Notes under the pieces: model-generated | Told to the model about the DNA's origin: nothing | Database searches by the model: none | The model's input: only the letters and a program-made list of their open reading frames with translations | Made by a program: the position numbers and the translations under genes | DNA from: Mantamonas sphyraenae STR306 | Lineage: Eukaryota; Protista; CRuMs | Direction of reading: 5' to 3' | DNA length: 64,000 nucleotides | Assembly (NCBI GenBank): GCA_026936335.1 | Contig: JAPMXV010000052.1 | Span: forward strand, 186,001-250,000 | In this document: positions 43,087 to 55,235 of the stretch, piece after piece | Layout of the letters: each line of letters opens with the position of its first letter | Position numbering within the stretch: position 1 is the stretch's first letter

Positions 43087-45246
43087 TTATTCGTCGCCAA
43101 GTGTTTCCGCCCGCAGTTCGTCCAGCTGCAACTGCAGGTCCACCACAGCACTTCGCACCTCTTCCACCCACTCCTCCCCGCTTGATAACGACGACGACGC
43201 CACCCCCTCCAGCCTTGCCATAGTCTCATCCAATCTGATCCTCAGCTCCACCACCACCTCCCGCGCCATCGCCCCTGCCCCTCCCTCCACCTGAAGCTCC
43301 TTCACCCAACCCAACACATCCCCGTACTTCCGCCCCAGCAGCTTGATCTTTCTCATCGACTTGTCCAATCGATGCTCCACCGTCTCCACACGGTCCTCCA
43401 CCCTCTCAAACCTGCCTTCCACCCCCTTTCTCCACGCCTGGAGTTCCTTCAGTGCATCTTTGTCATCCAGCACACGTCCATACAGCAGCGTTTGTGTCTG
43501 CAAGCCGACCTTGTACACCTTGCATGACCCACACGTCTCCTTCTCCACCTCTGCCAGCTCCTGCACATCCACACGCAGCCCCTGCATCCCCCAGTCCATC
43601 CGCAGCACCTCCTCCACCTCTCCACTTGCCAAACACCGGTGACACAGCGGATAGCATCGCAGTCCACCCCCCAGTCCATCACACAGCCCACTCTCCTCTG
43701 CCACACCGCGCACAAGTGCCTCCACTTTGCCCATTGTCTCCACCACCCCATCCCAACTACTGTGCGCCACCACCACGTCCACATGCCGTGTGTGTGGCTC
43801 ATGCACAGCCACAATGTGCGGTGCATCCACAGGCCACACGTGCATCCAGTTCACATGCACCTGCTCTGGTTCCTCCACCCCGTTTGGGAATGCCTCAATC
43901 AGCCGCACCTGCACCAGATTGAACAGCGCAGGCGGCAGCATGTGCCACTTCTCTGCCTGCCATGCCTCGTCCTGCTCCTGCTCCTCCCCATCATCCCCTC
44001 CCTCCCCCTCCACCACCCATACAAACCGCCGTCCAATCCGACACCCGTTCTCTGCCATCCACTCCCCAGGTAGCTCCATCTCCACCGTCCGCAGAAACGG
44101 AAACACAAGCGTCTCCCCACCCACACGTGCACACATCTCCACCTCACACAGCAGCTCCAGCAGCACATCCGCCACCCCATCCTCACCACCACCACCACCT
44201 CCTCCTCCCCACAACTCCCCATGCAACCTCCCCACCTGCTCCCGCAATCCATCATCCCATTGCACGAGCCCATGGTGCTTCCCCTCTGCAATCTGCTTCC
44301 CTCTGTCCAGCCCTTGCACATGCTCTCCGCTCACAAACCCACCCATCAGCTTTGCCAGCCACACAGGGTCCACCACAACCACCCCTGCGCCTCTGTGCCA
44401 CACCACCTCCTGCATGTGGTGCAGTTCCTCCAGCGATGAAAGAAAGATCCGCCCGCTCTTGCTCGGAAAGTGCTCCCGGATCTCCTCATTCCCCTTTACC
44501 ATCTCTTCCAACTCCTCTACTCGCATCCACGGCTGCTCCATCTCGCCACTCTCCCGCAGTCCCTGCACATACTTCTGCAGCTCCACCGTCCCGCGTGGCA
44601 CCATCCTGTTCTCTGCCAGTGCCACACTCGCTTCCTCCAGACCCCCCAACAACCCATCCACGTTGCCCTTCCACACATCCCCATCCACCACAAACACTCC
44701 CTTCTCCGCATCCATCCGCAGCTGCTCGTACCTCCTCCCCCTCCTCCATCCCTCCACCCACCCTTGCACCATCCCACGTGCCTCTTCCCTCTCTACCCTC
44801 TCCCCCACCTTTACCTTCTCTCCCAGATCTGCATGTGTCACCACAAACCACATCTGCGGCTTCTTCTTCCCTGCCACATTGCTCGCCACCTTGCTGGCCA
44901 CCATGTCCAGCCACACCTCCAGCTCCCCACGTGCTGCCTCCATGTCCACCTTGTACGCCCCTGCCACCCCATCCCACGCCACCTTCGATGCCACCAGCAC
45001 AAACACCCCGCCCTGGCCCATCAACAGGTACAGGTGGCCCACCCAGTACTCTGCCTGTCCGCCATAGTCACTGATGCGCACACGCACATCTCCACCCCTC
45101 AGATCAAACTCGTACACATCCAACCCATGTGTCGCGTCCGTCGTCCTCTCCTCCCTGTCCAGCTTCCGCTTGCCCACCTTCCACCTGAACACCACCTTGC
45201 CCCACTCTCCCCACGAGCTATTCCGCTTCATCGTGTCAATGAGCGT
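43087..45246 (-). pseudogene. 5'-truncated ROCO (Roc-COR) copy lacking ANK, LRR and most of the P-loop
   Basis: Nearly identical to 57600-59400. Homology stops at ~45246, inside GKT|TLIDTM. A 714-aa frame remains open. Confidence 0.8.
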
Positions 45247-45508
45247 ATTACAAGTCCGATGCTCATGTGCTGACGATTACGGAAACAGGCGAATCGATGC
45301 AACATCTCCGGGTGACACAATCTCTCTCTCTCTTTGTCATGTTTGTGCTCGCCACCCACAACTTCCTCGATGAAGTTTTCCAGGCTGGTACGCGTTCCTT
45401 TGACACCAATCTCTGTTTTGTGCATGGTGCATGGCGGACAGGCAATCGATGGTAGTACATTCACATTCCCAGCTTCTACGTGTTTCATGTGCTCCGCTGT
45501 TCCACAGC

Positions 45509-46618
45509 TCAGCAGTTGGTCGGGTTGTTGGCAAACTGCGAGATGAAGGACGCGAGAATGATGGCAATCCACATGCCGTTGCAAAACACCCACAGGCGCT
45601 TGACCCAGCTCTTGAGGCCCCATCCCAAGTCCTTCAGCATGTCAAACAGGGCCACAAACAGGTAGACAAAGCTGGAGTATAGGGCAAAGTCGTACGCCGC
45701 CAGAAACAGGGCATTGCCCGCGTTGTCCGCGTACAGGTTGCCGTTGTACACAATGCTGGATGGATCCGTGGCAATGAGGTAGTACACCAGGAAGCCGGTG
45801 GTGCCGAGGTACACCAGACCAACTGCCACAGTCAACAGACGGCGCTTGACCTGCTCCAGTCGCTTCTTGATGGTCCACAGCAAGGAAAGGACGTTCTGAA
45901 AGATGCGGATGTACGTTCCCCAGTAACCCGGGGCAAGCACCAGCATGACAATCGTCGACACAGCCGGGATGATGTCGTACGCAAACATCTGCGCCACGTT
46001 GAAGTGGTTGGTGTTCTTCGTTTCGACCTCCGTGATGTACGATCGCACGCTCCCGTACTGCGCAAACAGAGTCTTCAGGTTGTTAACCGTGCCCTCTTTC
46101 TTGGGAGGCTCGTCTGGGTTCTCAACAGGCTTCTTGATCTGCACGCCACAGACTTTTTTTCCGGTGCGTCGCTCCTCGACAGCCTTTTCATCTGCCTCCT
46201 TCTTCTTGGCCTCTGCCGCAGCGAGCAGCTCGGCGTTCATGGTGATTTTGGGTCCATCAATGAGAATCCAGCGCTTGATCAACGCCCAGCCCCAGATGGC
46301 GTCGTAGTCGATGTCGGTCGAGTCGGCCAGCACCTGGCGCTCCACCATCCACACCACCTCGGGCTTGAAGAAAAAGTGCATCGCCAGGTCCACCGCAATG
46401 AACAACACCTCGGGCAGCACCATGGGGAACAGGTAGGGCACACAAGCAAGGGAGCCCGACGCCGTCACGAAACCAAGGACCGCATTTCCCAGCGACGCCA
46501 ACCAGAACAGGTTGGCCCTGCCGTGTCCCATGACCGGTTCTGGCGGTGCAGGTGCTTGGTTCTTGGACGTGGTGTCCTTGCCCTCTTCCACACTGGGTTC
46601 CTGTGCTACTTTGCTCAT
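45509..46618 (-). CDS. Hypothetical multi-pass membrane protein
   Basis: Open frame from MSKVAQEP with several hydrophobic helices. Its 5' part is duplicated at 54780-55034. Confidence 0.7.
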   Translation of the reverse strand: MSKVAQEPSVEEGKDTTSKNQAPAPPEPVMGHGRANLFWLASLGNAVLGFVTASGSLACVPYLFPMVLPEVLFIAVDLAMHFFFKPEVVWMVERQVLADSTDIDYDAIWGWALIKRWILIDGPKITMNAELLAAAEAKKKEADEKAVEERRTGKKVCGVQIKKPVENPDEPPKKEGTVNNLKTLFAQYGSVRSYITEVETKNTNHFNVAQMFAYDIIPAVSTIVMLVLAPGYWGTYIRIFQNVLSLLWTIKKRLEQVKRRLLTVAVGLVYLGTTGFLVYYLIATDPSSIVYNGNLYADNAGNALFLAAYDFALYSSFVYLFVALFDMLKDLGWGLKSWVKRLWVFCNGMWIAIILASFISQFANNPTNC

Positions 46619-47296
46619 GCAGACGTTTGAGTTGGGCTCCCAGCGCGGGCCGGTTCCCCCTGAAAGAGCCCACACGATGCATACCGTTTGCGAGGCCGTG
46701 TGTCCGTGGATCACCGAGGGGATGGGTGATGACACACCAGGTGCGATGGCCGTCGCTGAATCCGATCAGAGACCCAGTGGCGGACGAATGTGTCGTTCAG
46801 GTCACACGGCAGGTCTGGAAGCTTCCTTTTTGCCACCCGCAAACTCCAAAATCATCCAAACTCGACCACCCAACAACTTGCTGTGGATCCCAGTGGTCGT
46901 TTGAGGAGATAAAGGTCAAGTTCTGCTATCCGTTTGCAAGGGGAACGGTGTGTGCCGTGTGTGGAACCGGGCTCTTTGAAAGCTCGCAAAAAGTGACAAA
47001 AATTCCCACCTCGCCCTCGCAACCAGCGCAATTACAATGTGAGTTTGGCAACAATGACCGTAGCCACACCGCTCTCCTCACAGCACGAGCCCACCCAGTC
47101 GCATGGTCCCCTTCAACGCCCCACACGTAGCAGTCCCCAACCACACGTCAGAAGCATGTGGACTCTCAATCGAAGATTCTTCTTGCGCCAGAAAAACGGG
47201 TCTTTTGCCTTTAACTCACACGCATACGTGCGCACAACCTAGGCCCAACCAGATTATCGTGGTTGACAACTATAACGAGTCCGCTACCGTGCGTTG
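46324..47296. repeat. Left arm of a ~0.95-kb inverted duplication
   Basis: Reverse-complement match to 54128-55034, for example ttctgctatc..tttgcaaggggaacggt and gcccaaccagatt..gctaccgtgcgttgc. Confidence 0.9.
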
Positions 47297-49528
47297 CCAG
47301 GCCCCAGTGTTTGAACGCACGAAATCTTGGCTCGTGCCTCTTGCTGACCCGTCACACATCCACAGGTTCCTCAGGATCATGGTACCAAGGGAGACTCGTG
47401 GAAAGAACGCGCACGTGGATTTGACCTGTTTGGCTACGACCTGCGCTATGAGTTTCCGAAGTTCAAGACGACGCGCGGGTTCATTCTCTCGGCTGTGTGC
47501 TTGTTGATGCTCGCCTACTACGTGCAGGATACGACGTTGAGGTTTGCGACGCTGCCATACACCAAGGACATTGTCGAGGTACTGCCCGACGGCTCAGCCA
47601 ATCCAGAGACGATGGTGTTTTCGGACTTTGGGATGCGGATTGGGGCCGTGTTGACACGCGGGGGCAAAGAAGTGACCAACAGCTCGATTGCGACGGTGCG
47701 GTGGGAGCAAGGGCAGTTTCGCAACCAGCGCGAAAAGACCAAGGTGGTGTTTGGTGCCGGCACGGCGTGCACGTTTTTGTCGGGCAAGATCCCGTTCCAG
47801 CCGACGCCAAGGTGTCCGCCCAAGGCATCCAAGTCGTCGTGCTCCAACGATGACCGGACACTGTGCGGGCCCGTGGTGGCTGGGTCGTTCGAACTGCCGC
47901 TGTACCGGTACGTGCGTGTGGATGTGCGCGCGTGCCAGGGGCGTCCCGAGTGCGCCCCCATGTCGGAGATATGGTCCGCGCTGTCCGGGGCGCATTTGGA
48001 GCTGCTGGTGGAGGAGACGACGCCCAACAACGGGCCGGTGGGAGAGACGAAGCGGCTGCGCACGACGTACCTGTCGATGAGCAAGGACAAGGTGCCCATG
48101 GCCGACGTGTACGTGACGATGAACAACGTGACGTGGAACCCGCGCTACCTGTTGGATGGCTCGATCAAGAAGCGGTACCTGAGCTACTCGCACATCGACC
48201 GCTTTACCGAGGACGTGGACAGTGAGGTGGTGGCCAAGGCGTGGTTCCGGCTGACCAAACACCAGATCAAGGACGAGCGCAACGCGCAGACTCTGCTGGA
48301 CCTGTTTGGATCGTGGGGCGCCATCAACACGTTCCTGATGACGCTGACCATCGGCCGGTTGGCCATGATGCTGAACAAGCGCGACGGTGACAAGTACGTG
48401 GAGGAACTTTGCGAGGTGCTGGATATCGACCAGCGAGACCTGGACCACGACCACTTTACAGACACCGGACGCATGAACGCCAGCAAGTTTGTGGGCATTA
48501 AGAAGGCGGTGGAGGAAGTCAAGGGGCGTGGAGGGTCGGTCACGCCACCGAGCGACGAGGATGCCATTGTGTTGGAGGCTCACGCGTCGGACGCTGGTCG
48601 GTTCCGAGCCGTGTCGACACACAGGCACAATCACAACCAGGCAGGGGTGGACGAAGTGGAGCTAAAGACACGCAACAAGCTCTTGGACCAGCTCAAGGAC
48701 CGCAAGGTGTCTGTGTCCATCACCGATCTGCGTGAAATCGTTGAGCACTATGCCGAGGAACTGGAGCGGGATTCAGCAAGGGAGACGGGGCAGCACATTG
48801 TACACACTGACTTTGGCGATAGAGGTCGCATTGAGCTCGTCAAAACAGCGAGCGCTCCACAAGCTGGGATCAAAACAGCGAGCGCTCCACAGGCTGGGAT
48901 CGGGTATGAGGCACCGACATGCCTTGGGCACTTTTCTGCGACAGATCTGCCTGAAGGTCCCCTCAAGTCCTGGCGGTCTGAGGATGGGAAGCTGGGTGTG
49001 TCTCACATGGAGGGTGATATCTTTGTGTCCACTCCGAGCAACGCCAAAGCAAAGATGGTGCATCTTTGTGCTGGGGCAGGGTTGCTGTTTGATGAAGAGC
49101 TGACGAAGAACCTTGGAGGGCAGTGGACGATTTTGGTAGTGGACCAGTACACGGATGGTGCGCATGGTCGAACTCTTCGGGCATCCGGGAACAACTGGTT
49201 GCTTGGCCGTTGGCAAGGCCGCACTGCGTGCTTCATGGGGTCATTCATTGGGTCATTCGTGGCAGCGGACAGTTTTGAGCTTGCGGTTTCGGTTGTACGA
49301 TTCACAGGCGACGGGAAGGCGACATTCTGGGTCAACGGCGAAATGCGTGGGGAGGCCAGCAACCAAGGACCGCCGATGGGCCATCTCGGATTATGCAACA
49401 CGGGGGGAGACTTTACAAATGAGGTGTCCGACTGCGACGTGGGAGAGGTGATCGTATGGCAGGGGGCACTGTCGGATGATCTCATCCGTGACATTTCCCT
49501 CAAGTTGCTGGACAAGTACGAAAAGTAA
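47037..49528 (+). CDS. Two-TM protein with a Cys-containing loop and a C-terminal LamG/ConA-like domain; 3 exons, start codon split AT|G
   Basis: Exons 47037-47038, 47243-47288 and 47366-49528 give MPNQIIVVDNYNESATVPQD..FDLFGYDL..FKTTRGFILSAVCLLMLAYYV..LLDLFGSWGAI. The tail NWLLGRWQG..FWVNG..DCDVGEVIVWQGALSD is LamG-like. Confidence 0.7.
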
Positions 49529-49563
49529 TGAATGAAATTTCTGTAGTGTGTTCACCATGGTGT

Positions 49564-52500
49564 TCACACCGACAAATCCGCCATGTGAACGTACTCCTGC
49601 ATGCGAGCCTCTTGCTTGTCGGCCAATGAACGTTCCTTGGGACCTCCTACACGCTTTTCCGCATCCACCAGACGTTGTTGCAGCGTGGGAAACTGTGATG
49701 CGCAGAAGGACGCGGTGTTGCCCATGTCATCAGAGAGGAGAACATCGGCTCCAGCACGCAGCAAAAGTTCCACGATTTGTTCCTGTCCGGCCTCTGCCGC
49801 AACGTGCAGCAGCGTGCGTCCACGGTCATCCACTTTCGCATTGACGTCCAAGCCGTGTTCCAGCATCTCAGCAACCTCGTCCTCGTGACCCTTCACACAG
49901 GCAGCCACCGGCCCTTCAGTGCTCACTGGATCAGTGTCTGTCTGATGGACGTCTTGAACAGCAATCACGGTGGTGCTCTGATCGACGCTGCGCTTCCAGA
50001 TGCTGGCAGCTCGCGCGACTCCCACCGTGGCATCAACCGCTTTCTTTAGAGCAATCTCGTCCTCGTACAGCCACACCTGGTGCATAACCTCGGAGTATGG
50101 CTCCACAGGCAGCCGCTGCTTGATGCGCTTCATGCGTCTCTTGTGCCTGTCGCGTCTCTCGTTGCTCAGCCCGGGGATCAGACGCCTGGGTGGACCGTAG
50201 AAGCACAGCATGACATCGGTAGGATCGTAGCGAAACCACGTAGCCAGCTGCACAAACACAGAGTCTTGTTGCTCCTCGTAGCGCGCATCCATCAGTTTTC
50301 GCTCACTGCGCGTCAGTGGCTGGGCGATGTTCTGCAGGCGAACCTTGGAGACGCAAAACTCGATGTACGTCACAAACATGCCCGAGGCAAACACGATGGC
50401 GACTGTCACGATGACCAACACACAGAGATCATGGCGCGGATGCCTTCCTGGCCGGCTTGAGTGTGGTACGTTGCTACGCCCAACAGGGCGATGAGTGAGT
50501 TGCCTGCCAATGCAATGATGTCCACCATGTTGGTCGGGCTGCGGTGCTTGCAGGTCTTTGGGTTCTCCAAGCACTTTCGACGGTTGCACACTTGCGGATT
50601 GACCCACCACGTGAATAGCGCGGAAGCGAGCAGTACAATGCCAACCACGAGGGTTTTGATCCATGTTTCGATGGTGGACACAGTTCCAAACACATAGAGG
50701 TCGACGGGGAACAGCGCGACAAAAGCCTTGCGCACGAGCACAATCACCTCGTACTGGCGCGCCCGCGGCTTGTAGGCTATGTAAAGAAATGAAAAGGTCT
50801 TGTGGAACAGTCTCTGTGCCGGGGTGTCATGATCGTCCTGGACCATGGGTGTGCTGTCGAACCAATTCCGCTGAGCAGCCACGCGCAGCAGGACCAGAAA
50901 GCAGCACGGGATCCCTACGCCCCACAAAAGGTAAAACAGCACACTAAAGTTGTACAACACCTGGTAATCAGGGTCCACGATGTCGCACTGCAATCCCGGC
51001 TGCGCAGAGAGCGAAAACGAGCCGTCGTTGGCGGTCTCGCAGGCCAAGGGCTCCAATGACTTGGACGTGAGCCAGATGTACGACAGGGATTGGAAGAGGG
51101 CAAACGAGTGCACCAGTTTGGCACCCAGCTCCACCCACCACTTTAGGGCGTACGATTCGTCGTCGTCGTCGTCGCGAGCAACCGCAAGCGCAGCGGTGTC
51201 TTGTTCTGCGTGCTCGTCTCCACGGTCGTGAGCTTGGCCATCGGCACAGGTAACCACATGCACCAACACCTTGGCCGCAAACACGAGCAGGTACAAGCCG
51301 GCAATCATCAGCGGCAGGCTGACGACCACAAACCACTTGTCTGCGTAGGACATGTCCACACTGCACTCGGGGTTCACAATGTCGATGTCAAACACAAAGA
51401 TGCCCAGAATCATCTCAAAGAACGCAACGAGCTCCGCTGGCCAGCTCAGGTCGAGTCGCCCTATGACAGCGGCAATCTGTGCGAAATGCAGCATGATGAC
51501 GGCCACAGAGGAGGCAGTGAGCAGACGCTGCTTGAGAGCAGTGGCTGCCGCCGCCAGCGAGTAGAAGATACCAGCAATCACAGCCAGCAAGACGCCGAGG
51601 CCACCGATGGCGACGGCGGGACTGACATCGGGGCACTTGAGACACTGGTCGCCAGAACGGTAGTAGCGCGGCGTCGTGGAACAGAAGCCACACAACCTGC
51701 CGGTGAATCCCTCTGCGCATGTGCTTCCTCCAGTGCATGCAGAGGCAGGGGTGCACGTGAGGCAAACGCTGGATTCAGTCTCACTGGACCACATGCCTGC
51801 AGGACACACGGCAAACACACCGATGGTGGCGTCAAACTGCTGGCCATTGCGTGCCCACTGCACTCGCACCTCGGAGGGTGCAGGGCGGGAGAGCAGCGCC
51901 GCGGAGAATGCGGCGGGTATCCTGACGTGCATGCTCCCATTCCCGTACGACGGCGGCACGTCAGGAGCAGCCGTGGTGTCTGTATTGTCCACAAAGCGGA
52001 CCTGGGCGCCGGAAAAGGCCTGCAGGCCCGTGCCACCCACGTGTAATTCGGTTGCTTGCCCCATGGCCACCTGAGAGGGTGCTACTGCAGTGAGCTGCGG
52101 CACGTCGTACACCAGGAAGCTGTACGAGGTGTTGGAAACCCCCACGGTATTTGGGATGAGGGTCAACGTAGCCGGGCCTTTCGGGATCGATGCAGGAGTG
52201 GTGCAGGTGACCGTGTTGGTCGAGGGGTCCACTGTCGCGTCGGACAGTGAGGGTTGACCTGTGGCAAACGAAAAGTGGCATCGGAGCTGAGTTCCAGGGG
52301 GAAACGTGGCCTGAGCCGTGAAAATCGTGCCGCCCGTCGTGGGTCCACTTTGTGGTGTCATTTGACTTGTGGTGCCCGTGATCTGGAGCTCGATCACCTG
52401 CAGGGAGAGCCCGCCGGTGGCGTCGACGGTTTCGACATGCACGGTGCCAAGTACGGGCGACGGTGGCATGACAAACACCAGTTGGGTATCTTGGACAGCG

Positions 52501-54383
52501 GTAGGAACCAGAAGGAGTTCCGTGGCTTCACCGGTGACTCTGACTCGGAGCGGTGCGTGCGCGAGAAAGTTTGCCCCGTACACGGTGACTGTGGTGTTTG
52601 ACGATGCCTGCGCAGACAGCGGGTCGAGTCTGATGAGCTGCATGGAGTCCATGGTGATCCCCGACGTGTAGTCCTGCCCGTTGAGGGCAACCTGGACATC
52701 GATGGTCCCTGGCAGATCCCCGGGGGTCACCGGGAGAGTAAACGTGACCAGTTTGTCGCTCTCACGCGTGGCGTTGTGTTCTTTGGCACCTGAATCATGT
52801 CGAACGAGCACTTTGACCTGCTCGTCTGTCTGAACAAAGCCCGAGCCGTGCACGCGGAAGTTTGCATCACCGTTGGCCACACGCTGAATCCGGGTGAGCA
52901 ACGGAGGCCGATAGACGTTCACCGTGACGTACGGCTCAAGGGACAGCCGGTGTGTGCCATCGGTTTGCGGCTTGATCAGTCGGACGACGTGTTTCCCTGC
53001 AGCCAGCACCGAGTCAGACGGACGCCCTGTGACCAGCTCAAACGTTGGCTCACATCGGCCACCCGAAGCCAGCTTGAGGAGGAATGTCACATAGTCGCGG
53101 ACATGGTGTGGCACCAGAGCGCTGGGGCTCCAGGTGCTGTTGGAGCAGGTGGTCCCGTTTGGGGCGTAGCGGTACATCCGAAGATCCACGGAGCATTGAA
53201 TGGACGTTGCCTCGTCGAAGCTGCGATGCGGAAAATGCGTGTCCCGGTTTCGCAAAGTTAAAGGCGGAGAGGTTTGACGTGCCCACAAATCCAAATCGCT
53301 GGGTCAGCTCGTCAATCGTGCCGCCCACGCAGGTAAAGTTGTTGTCCACACGGTGCACTCCGTCTCCGTTTTGCCACACCCAGCGATGGAGGAGGGGCGA
53401 GTTGTTGTACAAGGTCACGTGCGCCGTGGTTTGCCCGTACAAGTACCTGCCCGAGCTAATCGGCGTCTTGATCAGGAAGCCGCTGGTCGGACCAGACCTC
53501 GGGGACACGTTGAGTGGATGTGGTTGCCCGAATTCCACAGCTGTGGGTACGATTGCACTGCAGGGGATGGCCGGGGAGGGAGGGGTGAGTAGTTGGTGAC
53601 ACCATTGGAGGGGACAAGCAGAAGAGCTTCCCGTGATCCGTTTGTGTTTGGCATCGGCGGGGTGGTGGTGGAGACGACACATCGTGCACGGCATGGAAGA
53701 AAGACATGCAGTAGATCGTTGGCGTCACGTACCTCACAAGCAGCGGAAACGTCACCACACACATCAAGCAGCGACGGGTACCCACGTCCATACGCCGTAG
53801 CGCCTTGCATCGGGAGCAGCAAGCAAACACAGCCGCTGTGCCCAGTTGCAAAAGGAACAGTGGTCCCACCCAGAAAGCGATGTTGAAGCCTTGTTGTGGA
53901 TCCGAGAGAGCCAGAGCGACTGGCAACATGACGGAGAACGGAAAGAACCACAGACCAAGAACGATCAATGCGAGAGGAACCAACGCTAGACGGTGCAGAA
54001 GATGTTCAAGGTCCAGTGGCCGATGTTCACGGAGAACACCGGCTTCACCTTTGTTTCTTGTTGGCGCGGTGGCTGTGGTTGTGTGACGGGTCAGTGGGAT
54101 TTGGTTCGAATGGAACGCGGGAACCGCGCAACGCACGGTAGCGGGCTCTTCATCAAAGTCGACGACAACAATCTGGTTGGGCCTGGGTTTGTGTACGTGT
54201 GCGCGTGAGATAAGGCAGAGAATGAGGGTTGTCTGATGGTGTGCGGGCGCGGGGGATCTTGGGGGAAGGTTTGGGGTGGGGTGGGGGTGGGTGGGGGAGG
54301 GGGGGGGTTGGGTGGGGGTGGGGAGAAGAGGGGGGGGGGTGAACGGCGGGGGCGGTGTGGCAGAGGTCACTCCAAACTCACAT
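49564..54383 (-). CDS. Large surface protein: IPT/TIG repeats, Cys-rich segment, multi-TM region, C-terminal ankyrins; several frameshifts, so possibly a pseudogene
   Basis: IPT motifs (VTVYGANF, PQSGPTTGGT, VQVALNGQDY) and CPAG..CAEGFTGRLCGFC..YYRSGDQCLKCP. TM block LHFAQI..LSWP and ankyrin GRTLLHVAA. Frame breaks at ~53988, ~53650, ~53225 and ~50425. Confidence 0.65.
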
Positions 54384-55034
54384 TGAACCCTTGTTTTTGC
54401 GCTGGTTGCGCGGGAGAGTTGGGAAGTTTTTGTTCCTTTTTGCGGGCTTGGAAAGAGCCAGGTTGCGCACACGGCAAATACCGTTCCCCTTGCAAAGAGG
54501 ATAGCAGAAGTTGAGGTTCATGTCCTCAAACGACCATTGCGATCCATGAGTGGCGGAGTTTGGGTGATTTTGGAGTTTGCGGGTGGCAAAAGGAAGCTTC
54601 CAGACCTGCCGTGTGACCTGAACGACACATTCGCCGCCACTGGGTCTCTGATCGGATTCAGCGACGGAAATCGCACCTGGTGCGTCATCGCAGATACAGT
54701 CGGTGCTCCATGGACACATGGACTCGCGAACGGGATGCATCGTGTGGGCACTTTCGAGCGGGTGGGAGCCCAGCGCGGAATGGAAGAGGGCAAGCACAGT
54801 ACATCCAAGAACAAAGCACCTGCACCGCCAGAACCCGTCATGGGGCACGGCAGGTCCAACCTGTTCTGGTTGGCGTCGCTGGGAAATGCGATCCTTGGTT
54901 TTCGTGACGGCGTCGGGCTCACTCGTCGGCGTCCAATACTGCCCGAGGTGTTGTTCATTGCGGTGGACCTGGCGATGCACTTTTTCTCTTCAAGCCCGAG
55001 GGGGTGTGGATGGTGGAGCGCCAGGTGCTGGCCG
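54128..55034. repeat. Right arm of the inverted duplication, including a decayed copy of the 46618 membrane-protein 5' end
   Basis: KNKAPAPPEPVMGHGRSNLFWLASLGNAILGF..LPEVLFIAVDLAMHFF with frameshifts. The ATG segment is deleted between GGAGCCCA/GGAACCCA microhomologies. Confidence 0.88.
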
Positions 55035-55094
55035 CCCCAGCAACCGCCCCCACAGCGTTCATCCACGACATCGGATCGCGACACACTAGACCAC

Positions 55095-55200
55095 GCGGCC
55101 AAGCACCGGTGGTAAACAGCGGATAGCACCTTGGGCCCAGTCCATCACACAGCCCACTCTCTTCTGCCACACTGCGCACATGTGCCTCCCCATCGTCTCC
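55095..55200 (-). pseudogene. ROCO COR-region fragment (distal part of the third copy)
   Basis: ETMG..VRSVAEESGLCDGLG..CYPL..HRCLA matches 57780-57890. Confidence 0.8.
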
Positions 55201-55235
55201 TGTGGGCGCAGAGGTGTTGCGTGGCTGTGGTCAAT

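Noticed and set aside
46324-55034. A TIR DNA transposon or Polinton defined by the inverted arms
   Set aside because: No transposase, integrase, polymerase or capsid gene and no target-site duplication is visible. The arms are diverged host-gene pieces.
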